A stretch of DNA of 58,306 nt, filler included, from Sphacelaria rigidula (lineage: Eukaryota): the NCBI GenBank assembly GCA_964200075.2. It is 5 parts of 5 records of this genome, joined end to end, with 100 filler letters (N's around TTAATTAATTAA, not from the genome) between each part and the next. Parts side by side here need not be neighbours in the genome. Positions count along the whole stretch, not along the records: positions 11,683 to 23,264 come from CAXNAA020004751.1; positions 23,365 to 34,945 come from CAXNAA020004752.1; 3 more parts are not named here. One strand, written 5' to 3'. This document shows, piece after piece, positions 11,683-23,599 of the stretch. The notes beneath the pieces were generated by a model. The model was not told the origin of the DNA. It saw nothing but the letters and a program-made list of their open reading frames with translations, and ran no database searches. Made by a program: the position numbers and the translations under genes. How positions within the stretch are numbered: the first letter of the stretch is position 1; each line of letters starts with the position of its first letter.

Positions 11683-11879
11683 GGGGAACTACTGGCTCTG
11701 GTTCGTACTGTAAAATACAAGGGGATAATTCATTTCTGTGAACACCTAGACTGAACTGCGTCCTGTGGTTTGGATTTGGGCTGATTTGTTGCTGCATAGC
11801 TGTGCCTTACAACCCGGGACATACGACTCGAGCTTCTGTTCGTGAGAACAAGCAGGACAAGGTGTAGTGAGGCTGCCTT
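11683..11879. repeat. 197-bp near-identical inverted repeat, partner of 17073-17269
   Basis: Direct reverse-complement comparison shows about 3 mismatches. This copy is truncated by the contig start. Confidence 0.9.
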
Positions 11880-12269
11880 GAGCTATGCTACGATAGGGGT
11901 TGCACTTTTTGTTTCTGGGTCTCGTTTTTGTAGGAGCTCAAATGTAGGGGGCTTACTGTGCAACCCAAATCTCCGGGGACAGGACATGGAGATGCACACA
12001 GCGGCCTTTTCGTGAATCGGCATCATTTTCAGTCTTTTTCAAGTGAAAATGATGCCAATTCTCAAAATGATCCGTGCAACACCCCGAGAAACATTTTCTC
12101 TCAAAGAGTGCAACCCTACCGTAGCATCACTCCCTTCCCATTTGGCGATTAAGACTGGCTTCTTAATAGTTGGGGCTTCAGCTTACACCGATCAAGCTCT
12201 TGTTGTGTGTTGCCTACTGTGTTGCACGTTGTCTTTCGGTGCCTTGCTTCGACGGTGAGGGTAGGACTC

Positions 12270-14233
12270 CAGCGGTCATCGACAAACTACGAGATGTTCT
12301 GATCCGCTATGCCGCGCGATTACCCACCCCACCTCTTGATTTGGGTCGTTGGACGGCGGCTCCGTTCAAGATCAACGTGCCCAAACGAACGCCCCCCCAT
12401 TGTCACCCGCCCGTATCGTACAATTCCGCCGCTCGCTGATAAAGTACAAATAATCATAGAGCGCTACCTAGCGGCGGGGATCAGTCGTCATTCGACATCC
12501 TTATAGTCCTCCCCCTTGGTTGTTGTTCGAAGGGAAAATGGCAAGATCCGCCTCACTGTCAATTATCAACGTTTGAATGCAGTGACAACAGTTCCCCGCC
12601 TTCCGCTCCCCCGCGTAGATGAAATCATCGAATCCCTTGGACGAGGTAAATTATTTTCTACTTTCGACATGCAGTCGGGTTACCACCAACTGGTGATGGA
12701 CCCCGACTCCATTGAGATGGTGGCGTTTTGCACACCGTCTTGACTGTATGAGTGGCTCGTGACACCACAAGGTGTCTCTGGTGCGCCCGGGGCTTTTCAA
12801 CGAGTCATGTTTCGCGTCACCGATGGGCTCCCCAACTGTCAGATGTATCTGGACGATGTCGTGATTCAGGATTCAGGATCGTAATGCCGAGGGGCACGTA
12901 GAGCAATTAGCGATTGTTTTGGCCGATTCGAGCATCATAATCTGAAACTTCCTCCATCGAAATCACAGATTGGCGCCACGACTATCACATTTCTGGGGCA
13001 CTCCATTGCACCAGGAGGCCGCAGCCCAACTCCCGACAAGGTCTCAGCTCCTGCACAGATGCCAATGCCCAAAGATGGCCCTCAATTGCGCTTGCTGCTT
13101 GGCGACCTCAGCGACTACCGCCAATGTCTACCGAATCTCGCGCGGACACCTAAACCCCTCACCACTCTCCTCAGGCGAGGGGTGAGGTTTGAGTTCACCA
13201 CAGCCGTGGAACAGAGAGTCCACGATCTCTTTGCCCAACTATCTAGCCCTCCGGTCCTTGTATCTCCTGATTGGGATGCCGTCGAGGCCGGCTCACGGCC
13301 TTTCCGCCGACATACCGACGCATGCAAGATTGGATTCGGTTGTACACTTTAGTAGGAGCAATCAGATGAATCTGTCCACCCCAATGACTAGCTGAGCAGC
13401 ACCATGTTCCCTAATGAACACAATTGAAGCTTTATGGAGCAAGAAGCGGGCGCCGTTGTTCGGGGTGTCCGGCGTCTCCGTCACTATTTGTATAGTATTC
13501 CCTTCGTCATTTCGACCGACCATAAATCGTTGGAAAACCTCACAAGAATGGCGGAGCATAATGCGAGAGTTCAGCGTTGGCTCGAAATCCTATCTTCTTA
13601 CGACTTTCAGTGGAAGTATCGGATCGGTCCTCACAACGCCAACGCTGAGTTCCTCTCCCGATTGCCGACACCTGCCACACCGATTGATACCTCCCCCGCG
13701 GGGCGCATAACAGGCCCCACGGAGGATATCGTAAACTTGGTCCGTCGTCTTGGTCACCACTTGCGGCATTTCCGTGGACAAATTTTGCTGTACTGGGTAG
13801 GCGATGTCGCGCAACGCCGTCCGTTGAACCGAATATACAGGTCTATGCAGAAGGGCGCGGCGGCATGGGAGCTGGCCCGGGAGCACTCGTTCCGGTTCGT
13901 CATGGCTGACGATAGCCGTGTTTGGCGTGCGAAATACTTGCTTTCTTTTCGCACGAAACGTCTACCGAAAGGCGCGTACTTCTGTACAAGGCGCAGGACT
14001 TCCTCTGATGGTTGGAAAAGATTCACTTACCAGCCCCCGACTCCTACAAATCCTACGACATCCGCTTTCTCTATGACCCCGGCCCCCTTAAGCTCATTTT
14101 AGAACACGCTTACTACACTGAAGCGTCGTCTGCTCGCCGCGGGTCCTGGTGTCTCCAGCGTCATGATAATGGCAACAAAGACGACGCTATTCTCTGGAAT
14201 ACCGACAATTCACGGAAGGAAGACGAACCTTGA
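12270..14233 (+). mobile_element. Degenerate Ty3/gypsy pol (RT, RNase H, C-terminal tail; integrase core missing)
   Basis: RT motifs PLVVVRRENGKIRLTVNYQRLN, LPRVDEIIESLGRGKLFSTFDMQSGYHQL and YLDD (12846-12857). RNase H motifs HTDACKIGFGCTL, EQEAGAVV..LRHYLYSIPFVISTDHKSL and NANAEFLSRLP. Many stops and frameshifts. Confidence 0.92.
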
Positions 14234-14869
14234 TGAGTTTTGTCCTATTTCCCCCGTACGGCGTCGCCTAGCTGCTTCCACATCATGGCGGTAACCCCCA
14301 TTTTTGTTGTTTTGAGTGTATGTGATGTATGTGAGTGTATGTGATATATGTGTGTGTATGTGTGTATGTGCGTTTATGTGCGTGTGTGTATGTGTGAATG
14401 ATTGCGTCTCCATGCCGTGTTGGAGCTTCCCCGCATGTTGTAGGTCGGGTTGATATGGTTATGGAACTGTGGTGCCGTTGTTCGAACACATTTATGTACC
14501 GACAGAAGGTGATCCAACCGTATTGGAACGAACATTTCTTCCGTTTCGACAGTTGGCTCGACCAACTGTCGTAGCCCGCCGTACATGAGTTGTGAAGACC
14601 CCACATTGAGGTTTTACATCCAACAACCCAACTGAAATTGGTGAACTGGTGAATTACTTGAGGACGTGTGCGTGTTCATCGTGTGGAGTTGTGAGTTGCG
14701 AGTATTCCGCAGTTTCACCCTCCCATCCTCGTTTGGATCGACATTCCTGGAAAACTGAGACCACATTGTAGTCTTTCCCTCCATTGTCGTCATCCATTCT
14801 GTGCCGAGGTACTCACTACACTTGCTCCTTGCTAGCTGTGAGGGTCTCAGCCACCTTCTTCTCTTCTTG

Positions 14870-15395
14870 TTCATTTGTTTTTGTTTTTCTTGTTTTTGTT
14901 CCTGCGTCTCTCCGCCATTCACGGAATCCACAGACGCAGGCGGTTCTAGTGGCCTATTGGACCCGAAACGACCCGTCCCTTTTTTTCAGCCCAACATTTG
15001 CGGAAACGGATGACCGAAACCCCAAGGGCTTCCTCAGTGAGTGTTACTTCACGTAGTTGGCCGTGTGTTCGACATTTATACCAACGGATGACCGATACCC
15101 CAAGGGCTTTATCAGCAAATTGTCATGTGTGGGTGTCGATTATACTTTGTTCTCTCGTTGTTTTCTTTTGTTTTTCTTGTTTTGTTCCTGTGTCTCCACG
15201 CCCTTCACTCCCCCGTGAATCGTTGAATCCGAGACACCCCGTCTCTTCTCCTCAGCCGAACATTTGCGAAAACGGATGACCGATACCCCAAGGGCTTCCT
15301 CAGCAAAATGTCACGTGTTTTTGGGTATGATAATTCAGGATTTTGCTTTTCGGCGTGTGCGAAATGGATGACCGATACCCCGTGCTTCCTCAGTA
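14870..15395. repeat. Local degenerate duplication with 4 copies of a ~30-bp motif
   Basis: ggatgaccga(t/a)accccaagggcttcctcag occurs at 15008, 15086, 15274 and 15366, with a ~270-bp higher-order periodicity. Confidence 0.8.
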
Positions 15396-16140
15396 CGCGT
15401 TGCGCGGCGATTATCGCTGCACGGTCCTGGAGCTTCAATCGGCCATTGCTGCCGCCTCTAGGTCCTAGCCCCATCGAGATGATGGTCGTGGCGTGCTCTC
15501 ACATACATATATTATGCTTCACTTGTCGCTTTTCTCTATGTAATAGAGTGTTCAACACGATGCAAACCCTGGGAAATATTGTGTGCACCCCTACCGCGGC
15601 ACCGCTCCATGTTGGACCCTCACTCCCCACACCCTGATATCCAGCGTGTAGACACTACATTGCCGGTCCGCACTTGAAAATATGGCAGTTAAGAATTTGA
15701 GGCTCAAAGAAATCAAAACTCAAGAACTTGCCCCTAAGAACACGTGCTCAGATCGAACGTGCTGTTAAGAACAAGACCACAGACTTGAGGTGTACCACTG
15801 ATGCTACAGATAAGAACAAGAGTAATGTGGCGGCTGTGAGATACGAACATTTGTAGGGGGAGGGGGCGAGGGATGGGCGATCCCAGTATTGGATTTGGGA
15901 GGGGGCTGGGTGTGTTGAGTGGGTACATGGGCCGGCGTATTTCTACCCCCACGGGCAGATTCCCTGAACGTACCCCCAAACTAGACCCAGTTCCGGAGCA
16001 CGTTTGAGCAGATCCGCCGCTCCGACGTACACACCTGGAAAACGTACCAGGTATTTTTTCCAGAGGGGGGGCGGGCCGGCACTGTACACACGTCGTGCCC
16101 CCAAGTACCAAAAAACGTCGGCACGCCACGCAACACGCAG

Positions 16141-16389
16141 CGTGCAAGGCTGGGCATGGGGTGGTTTGGAGGGTTGATCATTCAGCAATCTCCGCAGCAC
16201 ACTCGCCACCTGTACGACTACTGTGTCCAGCTGGAGCTAGACCAGAGTACGCGCAAGATGCAACTGCCCTTAGACAAGTACAGCGGATATCCGGATGCGG
16301 CAGTGGGCTCCTGGGTTTTGCTTGAGAGCGTTAGTAGAGCGGGAAGGGTACGCACCCCCAACGTCACCCTCGTGGACCCAGAAGGTTGA
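16141..16389 (+). pseudogene. Isolated coding relic, probable TE-protein C-terminal domain
   Basis: RLGMGWFGGLIIQQSPQHTRHLYDYCVQLELDQSTRKMQLPLDKYSGYPDAAVGSWVLLE reads as protein-like and parallels the gypsy tail at 13975-14165. Confidence 0.45.
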
Positions 16390-17072
16390 CAGCAATTCCT
16401 CCATGCCTTGGTGTTTTCTTGTACCAAACAAAACCAGCAGTGTCGCTCATGTTAAACACTCCGCCGAGTGCGGTTGAGAGCCACGAAAGTACGTCGTCAT
16501 ATGATACGCAAACCAATAATAGAGCAATCGGTGTTGAAATAAGAACAACCCCATTTCTGGATGAAAACTGGACGACGAAATAAGAACTTGGCAAATAAGA
16601 ACTGGTGCTAGGGTTGGGGCAGCCAACAAGAACTGAGCCTCGCTCAAAATAGGAGGTTCTTAAGTGCGGGCCGGCACTGTAGATGACGAATTCGAATCCA
16701 TTCGTTTCGTACTGCACGGAAGGAACGCGCAGTAGTAGCAGCAGCCGCATCTCGCGATAATTTCACCATTTGGCTCACAAGAGGGGACATCCGTTCCATG
16801 CAGGAAATAATGCCTCCGCGTATCTTGGACACTCTGCACCATGTATCTCATTCAGGGGGTCTAGCATGCACACTTGCAGGATTAGCAGGGCCCGACGGTT
16901 TCGAAGACGCGGCAATTCCACAGAAGGTAAGGGGATAACCTTGAGGCATATTGCGCCGTATAAGAAGGGCGTTGTGAGGTCATCATCCACTTGATGTTGC
17001 GGAGAACGTATCGCAACCTTCCTTGTCAAGTTCCTTGTATATCTTGGGGAGTCGATCTTAGTCGCCTTCGAG

Positions 17073-17269
17073 AAGGTAGCCCCACTACACCTTGTCCTGC
17101 TTGTTCTCACGAACAGAAGCTCGAGTCGTATGTCCCGGGTTGTAAGGCACAGCTGTGCAGCAACAAATCAGCCCAAATCCAAACCACAGGACGCAGTTCA
17201 GTCTAGGTGTTCACAGAAATGAATTATCCCCTTGTATTTTACAGTACGAACCAGAGCCAGTAGTTCCCC
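17073..17269. repeat. 197-bp inverted repeat, partner of 11683-11879
   Basis: Reverse complement of 11683-11879. Confidence 0.9.
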
Positions 17270-18095
17270 GCAGCTATAAAGCTTACTGGTAAGGACTCAC
17301 TTGGAACTCAGAGCAACGGCGGCCAAAGCTGATGGTGTCTGATATCCCAAGACAGTGATCGTGGGCGCTGAGGGCACCGGTGCAAACTACCTTACGCCCA
17401 GCAGTATACCCATATCCAGCCATGATACAAGAACGGAAAAGCCGACGACAGAAAAATCCTCAATCCAAGGAATATTCCGACAATACTATCTGTTGTGCAC
17501 ATGAACATTCAATGCGCAGCTGACAACACAGTTCAACCATGCAACTTGTATCTCGTATCGACCGCTGTCAACAATTCGGAACATCGAATTGGATGTTTTA
17601 ACAAGCTGTCGTTCCTCAACGGCTCAACCAAAGATTCATATCCAAACGTCGCTTTACCCCGAGACGTGTGTGCCCCAGAGGTTACTGACCCCAAGGCCAG
17701 TCCTTTCAAATACCATGACATATGTACAAACTGACGACCCCATCATCGAAGCTTGGAATAGTGTTCCGCCTTATGTTGTGGATGTCCCCATGTGACCACT
17801 AGCATACCTATTCATTCTCCACCTCCTAGTCGTATTTTCTCACATCCACGGTCGTACGTAGTAACGTCCATGTCTCCTTCCTTCAGGGATGACGGTGGAG
17901 GGCTCTAACCCTGCCCAATGGTGCAGTCTCCAAATAGCTGTAGCGCAACAACGTGCGCACACGGCGTTACTTCCTGCACAGCCTCTCACCCGAGACCCCT
18001 GGGGCTTGACGAGGAGTGATTCGTAATATTTGCGAATTTCGAAGCCAGAAACGTGTCTAGAACAGATTTACCTTCGTGTTATTCGCCCTTCATCT

Positions 18096-18734
18096 AAGGG
18101 TCTGTCGGAAGAAAGTTTTGGACACGGAGCCCCCCCCCCCCCTACCGCCCCCTCCAGAAGGGCAGTTTTTCGAAATTGTCGATACTTTTTGTTCGTTAAT
18201 ATTATTGAAGACATTCATCAAGAAAGACTGACAAAAACCGAAAAGTCTGGAGGGCTTTGCGAGATTTGTATATTTGCTTCTGCTCCTTGCCCACTGTACT
18301 GTCCCGATGACCTCGGATGTTGGCTACCCTTACACACATGTATGCACACAAGCGCACGGTAGCGACAGCCTGCAGCCAATGTAGCAACTTCATATCACGC
18401 CTCGCCAAACTTGACCGGACTACTGATAAGTACTCGAGGCCCACGACACGGAACATTTTCCCATAAACATAATGATGGTAAGCAATGAGCTTTGGAGGGT
18501 GGCGTGTCCGCCATCTCATCGATCTTCATGCCAAGGATCTTTGTAGACGGTAGCTGACCGCACCCGCCAACGCCCCGGCAATAAACTAGGGGACAGCAGA
18601 CTGAGTGCCCCCCCCCCCTACCCCCCGACTATGGCATGCATGATCATGAGTACACCCCCTACACCCCCCCCTAAAAACTCGAATTTTCGATCTTGGGGCC
18701 TACGTGACCAGAAATGTGTTTTTGACAGACCCTT
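18096..18734. mobile_element. Candidate non-autonomous TIR element
   Basis: Inverted termini aagggtctgtc...gacagaccctt with internal C-run/cctacccccc motifs. It contains a motif (18627-18659) whose reverse complement occurs at 23203-23240 and 58232-58270. No clear TSD. Confidence 0.45.
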
Positions 18735-19096
18735 GCTAGAAGTACTAGCAACAGCGATGCGTCTAGGCGAGGTTGAGGGAGGTAATGGAGATCATCCCAA
18801 CCAAAATACCCAAGAGAAATGCATCGCAGCCGTCGAACCGTACTGTGATGCCCAAGTATGTTTGTCGTGGTGCCGCTGCGGATCAACCTCTACCGCCAAT
18901 GCCGTAGCAAGAGACAAGGACGAGTGGGAAACAAATAACATAACTCGGTGTCATGGAAGGACCACAGCAACGCGTGTGCAGCCCGAGCGTCCCATACAAG
19001 GCAAATATCGCGATATTTTGTCATTTTGATTCACATGTAGACTTTGCCTCCTCAAACGAGCCACTTTTCTGGCGAAGAGTGTCGCGGCATCGGTCA

Positions 19097-19903
19097 CGTA
19101 GTCGGCGATTTTTAATAGTTCTTTCGCGTACCGCCGCTCATTCCGGTGAATATTTGATCCCACAGTTCGGGGATCCGGGAATACTAGACATCCACACTAC
19201 ATTCCGAAACGAAACCCATCACAACATTGAACGTCTTACAGGCTGAGTTGACACGGGGTGTTGTTGATCGTTTTTGGTCCATAGCACGCCTTTTCGACTC
19301 TATTTCGCGAACGAATATTCGTCAGTACAGATGAAAAATGAAAACCTGTGAAATTGTTCATGACAGCGCTCGGGGTTAATTAACCAACCCTCCCCTTGTT
19401 CAATACAGAGCTCGGTTGGGCAATTTTCGTAGTCAAGTGTCTTCCTGAATTTTCTCGTACCGTGTTCTTCCTCAGCACTCCAAAGTCCTAGCGTCGATAG
19501 ATAATGGGAAAGTAAGCAGTTGGTACTCAGGGCAGAATCCTCTACTTGGTGTTGTCGGGGTGATACGAGTATTATCGACCGTCATTGGTCCAAAAAACAC
19601 AGTTTTTCGGCTCTAGCGTATTGGATAGGTGGGGTTCACGAATAAATTTGTTCGCGAGAGCGATCGAGATTGCTTCATTGGAGCTAAAATACCCGAGGGT
19701 CAGAAACTGGGACTGGGAAGTCGTAGGACCCTCGGGTACCGGTCAGCCCGTAAGCCGTTCAGTGTTGAGTACCGAGATGGTTCATGTTTTGGGATGGAGT
19801 GGCATGCCTAGTATCGCCCGATGATCCCCGAATTTCGGGATCAAACGTTCACTGGGATGATGAGCGGTGGCACTCGAAAAACTATTGAAAATCGCCTACT
19901 ACG
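19097..19903. mobile_element. Old foldback element with ~250-bp diverged inverted arms
   Basis: cgtagtcggcgatttttaatagtt...ccgctcattccggtgaatatttgatccc...ttcggggatc matches the reverse complement of 19780-19903. Similarity continues inward (tcgcgaacgaatattcgt vs acgaataaatttgttcgcga). Confidence 0.75.
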
Positions 19904-22900
19904 AAAAAATTACAAGAATCCCCTGCTTCAGCTGGGAATTACAATACGTTTTCATCTTTGCTGCCTGGAAATGTTTACCATTCACTTGGTGTGTATTTCC
20001 GTAATATCCATTAAACAAGAAAAACGGCCAAGATGATCACAGAGAGATTCGAACCATGCACGGGTTGTACTTTCGTATGTGATTGGAGTGTGAACGGCAG
20101 CGATCGTGTGTGACAGTACATTAGATAACAAAATAACACCGGAACCATGATGACTCGACTGAAATCATGATAAGTAGAAAGGGAAGAGGAGGGCGCCTTG
20201 AAGAAATTGATGCGTTTCTAGCTGGGTTTTTTTGCCATCATCGCACGCCACATTCTATACATACTTTTGTCACCAACAATCCATCGCACGTGATACTATC
20301 ATGCCTTGAAAAGGGAACCCGCACCTACATACAGGACAACATCTCCTCAATTTACACTAGTCAAGAAATAAGTCACTCGGTCATCCTGTGTCTCTCGAGA
20401 GTCTTTCTGTTGTTTTTCTGTTTTTGTGCGGCTTTTTTTTTCTGTCTTCCCGATGAGACGACCGAATCTCACACTTTGCCTGTCCTTCCGTCTGTTTCGT
20501 CAACTGTGAAAAAAACTAGACGACAGCACGTGTTGATTTATATTTCCCATTTTGAACCCCTTGGCCACGAAGGGTTGAGGGTCTCTTTTAGTGAAGGAGC
20601 GACCATATATTGTACAAACACCGATACACATAGCGGCTCATTGACACACATGGAATCAAACGCGTAAATCGTCGCGGCCAAGGGCTCACTCAAGCCTTGC
20701 CTAGCTCTCTCTCGCACCGCGGTAAAACTATATTCCAAGTCGTCAATCCATAAGGGGCGAGCGGCCCGTCAGTCTCTACGGTGATCGTCCACCGAGGATA
20801 CTACAATTCCCATTCCACTGTTCAAGCGATATCCCCTTCCTTTTTTCAAACGGTATACTGCGTTTCCAAGCAAAATCCTCACCATGGTTCAAGCGGTACC
20901 ATATTCATTGCCCAGGCAGTACTCCCCGTCGTCTTCTCAAAGGATACCACGCCTCTCTTTCAACTCGTACTTTCTCTCCTCTCAAGCGCTAACCCCTCCC
21001 CCCCAAACCCCACGCCGTCTCCAACGGTTTTGTTTGGTCCTCTCTTCCTCCTCTTCTCTCGACAGTAGCAGATCCAGTCTTTCTCCACGACAAAAAAAAT
21101 CAAATGAGCACGTACGCGACTCTATTCTGTATGCACATGTTTCGCCACAAAACAACCCGAATAACGAGCGTTTTTCTCTGTGTACCCCGCTCTCTCCTAC
21201 ACACAGATCTACTTCCCCTCGACATCAACTTGCGCAGCCTCCCGTGCTGGTGTTGCAGCAGCAGGCTTTACATCAGCCTTGATCGATTGGTCGTGTGGCG
21301 CTAGTTCTAATCGTAGATCTCGAAGATCTCCTCAAGTCACAGAGTCCTTGAGAGCTTGGCCGAACAATCAAAGCACGTCTTCTGTCAGCTACAGCGGTGA
21401 GCGCTCGCGTTGAGGGAGGTAAGGTAGAAGTTGGAAAGCAGGGGAGGCGGAGCGAACATGAAGTTCGAACCAGCCTTCGATCTTGCTCAAGAGATCTGTA
21501 TTTGCCTGGATCCGGGTCCGTACCCCCCCCCACTACAGGGTATGGGCTAGCTACTGTAGGTATACTCGAGGCGCAGTATAACGAACTTCCGCCTTGATCG
21601 ACGTTAATATATGACAGTTCAAGAGAGCACCGCGGCGAGGCGGCACGATATGGATTTACTGTACAACACAAATACTGAACCCCGGACATCAAATTCCGAA
21701 CAAGTAGCGAGTGCAAATCTGCTTCGAGAAGGAGGGGTGGTGGAGGGAATCGCTCTAGTTTCGATGAACTGCAGTGTACTACAGTAGTACATCAGCGAGA
21801 TTGCCATGTCTGTGAGCTTTGACCGCTTGGACACTACAATAGATGCCCTACATCGACCTTAGATGGACCGCTGGAAATGCGTGACGAGCAATGCCTTTGG
21901 TTTCACCAGGATTCGCGAATGAGGGGTTGAGGGACAGCAGAATACGCGCTTCATGTCGTCCGTGGGGATGGGTGTTGCTGGCGAACATGGAGGAGAAGCG
22001 GGTCCGCTGTGGGTAGGAGCATGGGGGTTACCGGTGTTGAACCGATCCGGAAATACCGCACATGTTGTACAAAATGGCTCACCCAAACCGTCGAGGGTTC
22101 GGTAGGTGCGTGTTCGTAAAGACAAGAAAATGGAAGCACCGCTGCTCACTCTCTACTCGATTTTCGTTTTTTTGGAAAACCGCAGGGTGTCGGACTTCAC
22201 CAACATGGAACACTCACTTCTGTAGAAGCTTGATACCATGAACCCAGCTTCGTTCCGCTGCTCGCACGTGTGACTACTCTAAATCCTCAAAACGGAGGGC
22301 AATAGGGACATACAGTACATTGTGGGAAGTGAAACAATCAAAACAAAGAAACGAGATGTATGTAACAACAAACAATACCCAAGCGACTGACGCGGACAAA
22401 TCAAGAGGGGGACCATACATGCAGAGCGACCGACAGCTAGGGATCGTGTGCTGCCTATTGTCTATGCTCCAAAACGTAATCGGAAGCTCTGTCAAGCAAC
22501 ATGCATGACACAAGCAAAGGTTTCGTACGAGGAGGTGTAACGTGACGGGCTGCCATCAGTTCACCGGCGTTTCATTTATTTCGCGTTTCGGGATAGAACG
22601 TTCGTCGTCTCGTTGAAGTGTGTGATCCTTATCGCACGAGCACACTCCCTCGGATGCAGGCATCGATGTAATAGTGACGCAAACCTCTGCCGAATGGTTA
22701 GCGGGCTCCGAGACTGCTGGTTTAACGCTCCATGATGAGCTGCCTGGCAGGTACATACCGGGGCCACGAGATGTGTTGGTCTCTCGAGGTTACGGACTCG
22801 TTCCGGGGAGAGGAGGGGTCAATCCTTTGACCGCCAGGGTAGGTCATCCGGGCCACCAGTAATCAGCCAAGGGAAAGCGATGCCGATTCAATAGATGGCT

Positions 22901-23202
22901 TACCCTGGCTGTCAGAGGCTTTGCAAAGCATCAACAGAAAGAACAGAGAAATATGCGCTCATGGCCTAGAGATCGCCATGACCCTCAACGGCCGAAAGCC
23001 TTAACGAACCTCACAACAGTCGATCGATCAATCAATGGAATGGTCTTTTTCCACGAATGAGCGTATGTATGCGCCTTAGCATGAGCTGGTGTAACAATCC
23101 TACACGTGTTGTACCAGTCCCAAGCCGGCCGAGAATTGCGGGTCACTGTTCAGTCCCTTTCTCGACAGCATGCTATCGTAGGGGTATATAGAGATTCCGG
23201 GC

Positions 23203-23264
23203 GGGGGGGGTGTACTCATGATCATGCCTACCATAGTCATAAGACCATTGACCTCGCATCCCTA
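23203..23264 (+). repeat. High-copy repeat at the contig end
   Basis: (g)n tgtactcatgatcatgc...ccatagtcata.gac.attgacctcgcatcccta also ends contig 5 (58232-58306). Confidence 0.85.
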
Positions 23265-23364
23265 NNNNNNNNNNNNNNNNNNNNNNNNNNNNNNNNNNNN
23301 NNNNNNNNTTAATTAATTAANNNNNNNNNNNNNNNNNNNNNNNNNNNNNNNNNNNNNNNNNNNN
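23265..23364. other. Artificial contig-joining spacer
   Basis: 44N-TTAATTAATTAA-44N. Confidence 0.99.
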
Positions 23365-23599
23365 GGGGGGGGTATAAACCGTTTTTCAGTCTGTAGGGCC
23401 CCTTGTGTACGACGGTACAGGCATTGCACAATCGTCCTAAGTACGAATCTTGACCGGCGCCGCCAGGTCAAGTGCGAGCAAAGCGGGCAGGTCATCTTGA
23501 TAGGGTACTCCTCGGTTTTCCAAGTGAACACAGTCTCTGCACAGATGTAAACTTGACACCACCGCAATCGCGCATGCAAAATAGTTCAAGGTTGTTTTT

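Noticed and set aside
15008..15395. CRISPR-like repeat/spacer appearance
   Set aside because: Spacing is irregular (78/188/92 bp), the repeats are degenerate, the spacers are partly homologous, there are no cas genes and the context is eukaryotic.
22527..23014. Possible solo LTR (TGTAAC...CACA)
   Set aside because: The flanks do not form a target-site duplication, and there is no second copy in the window.
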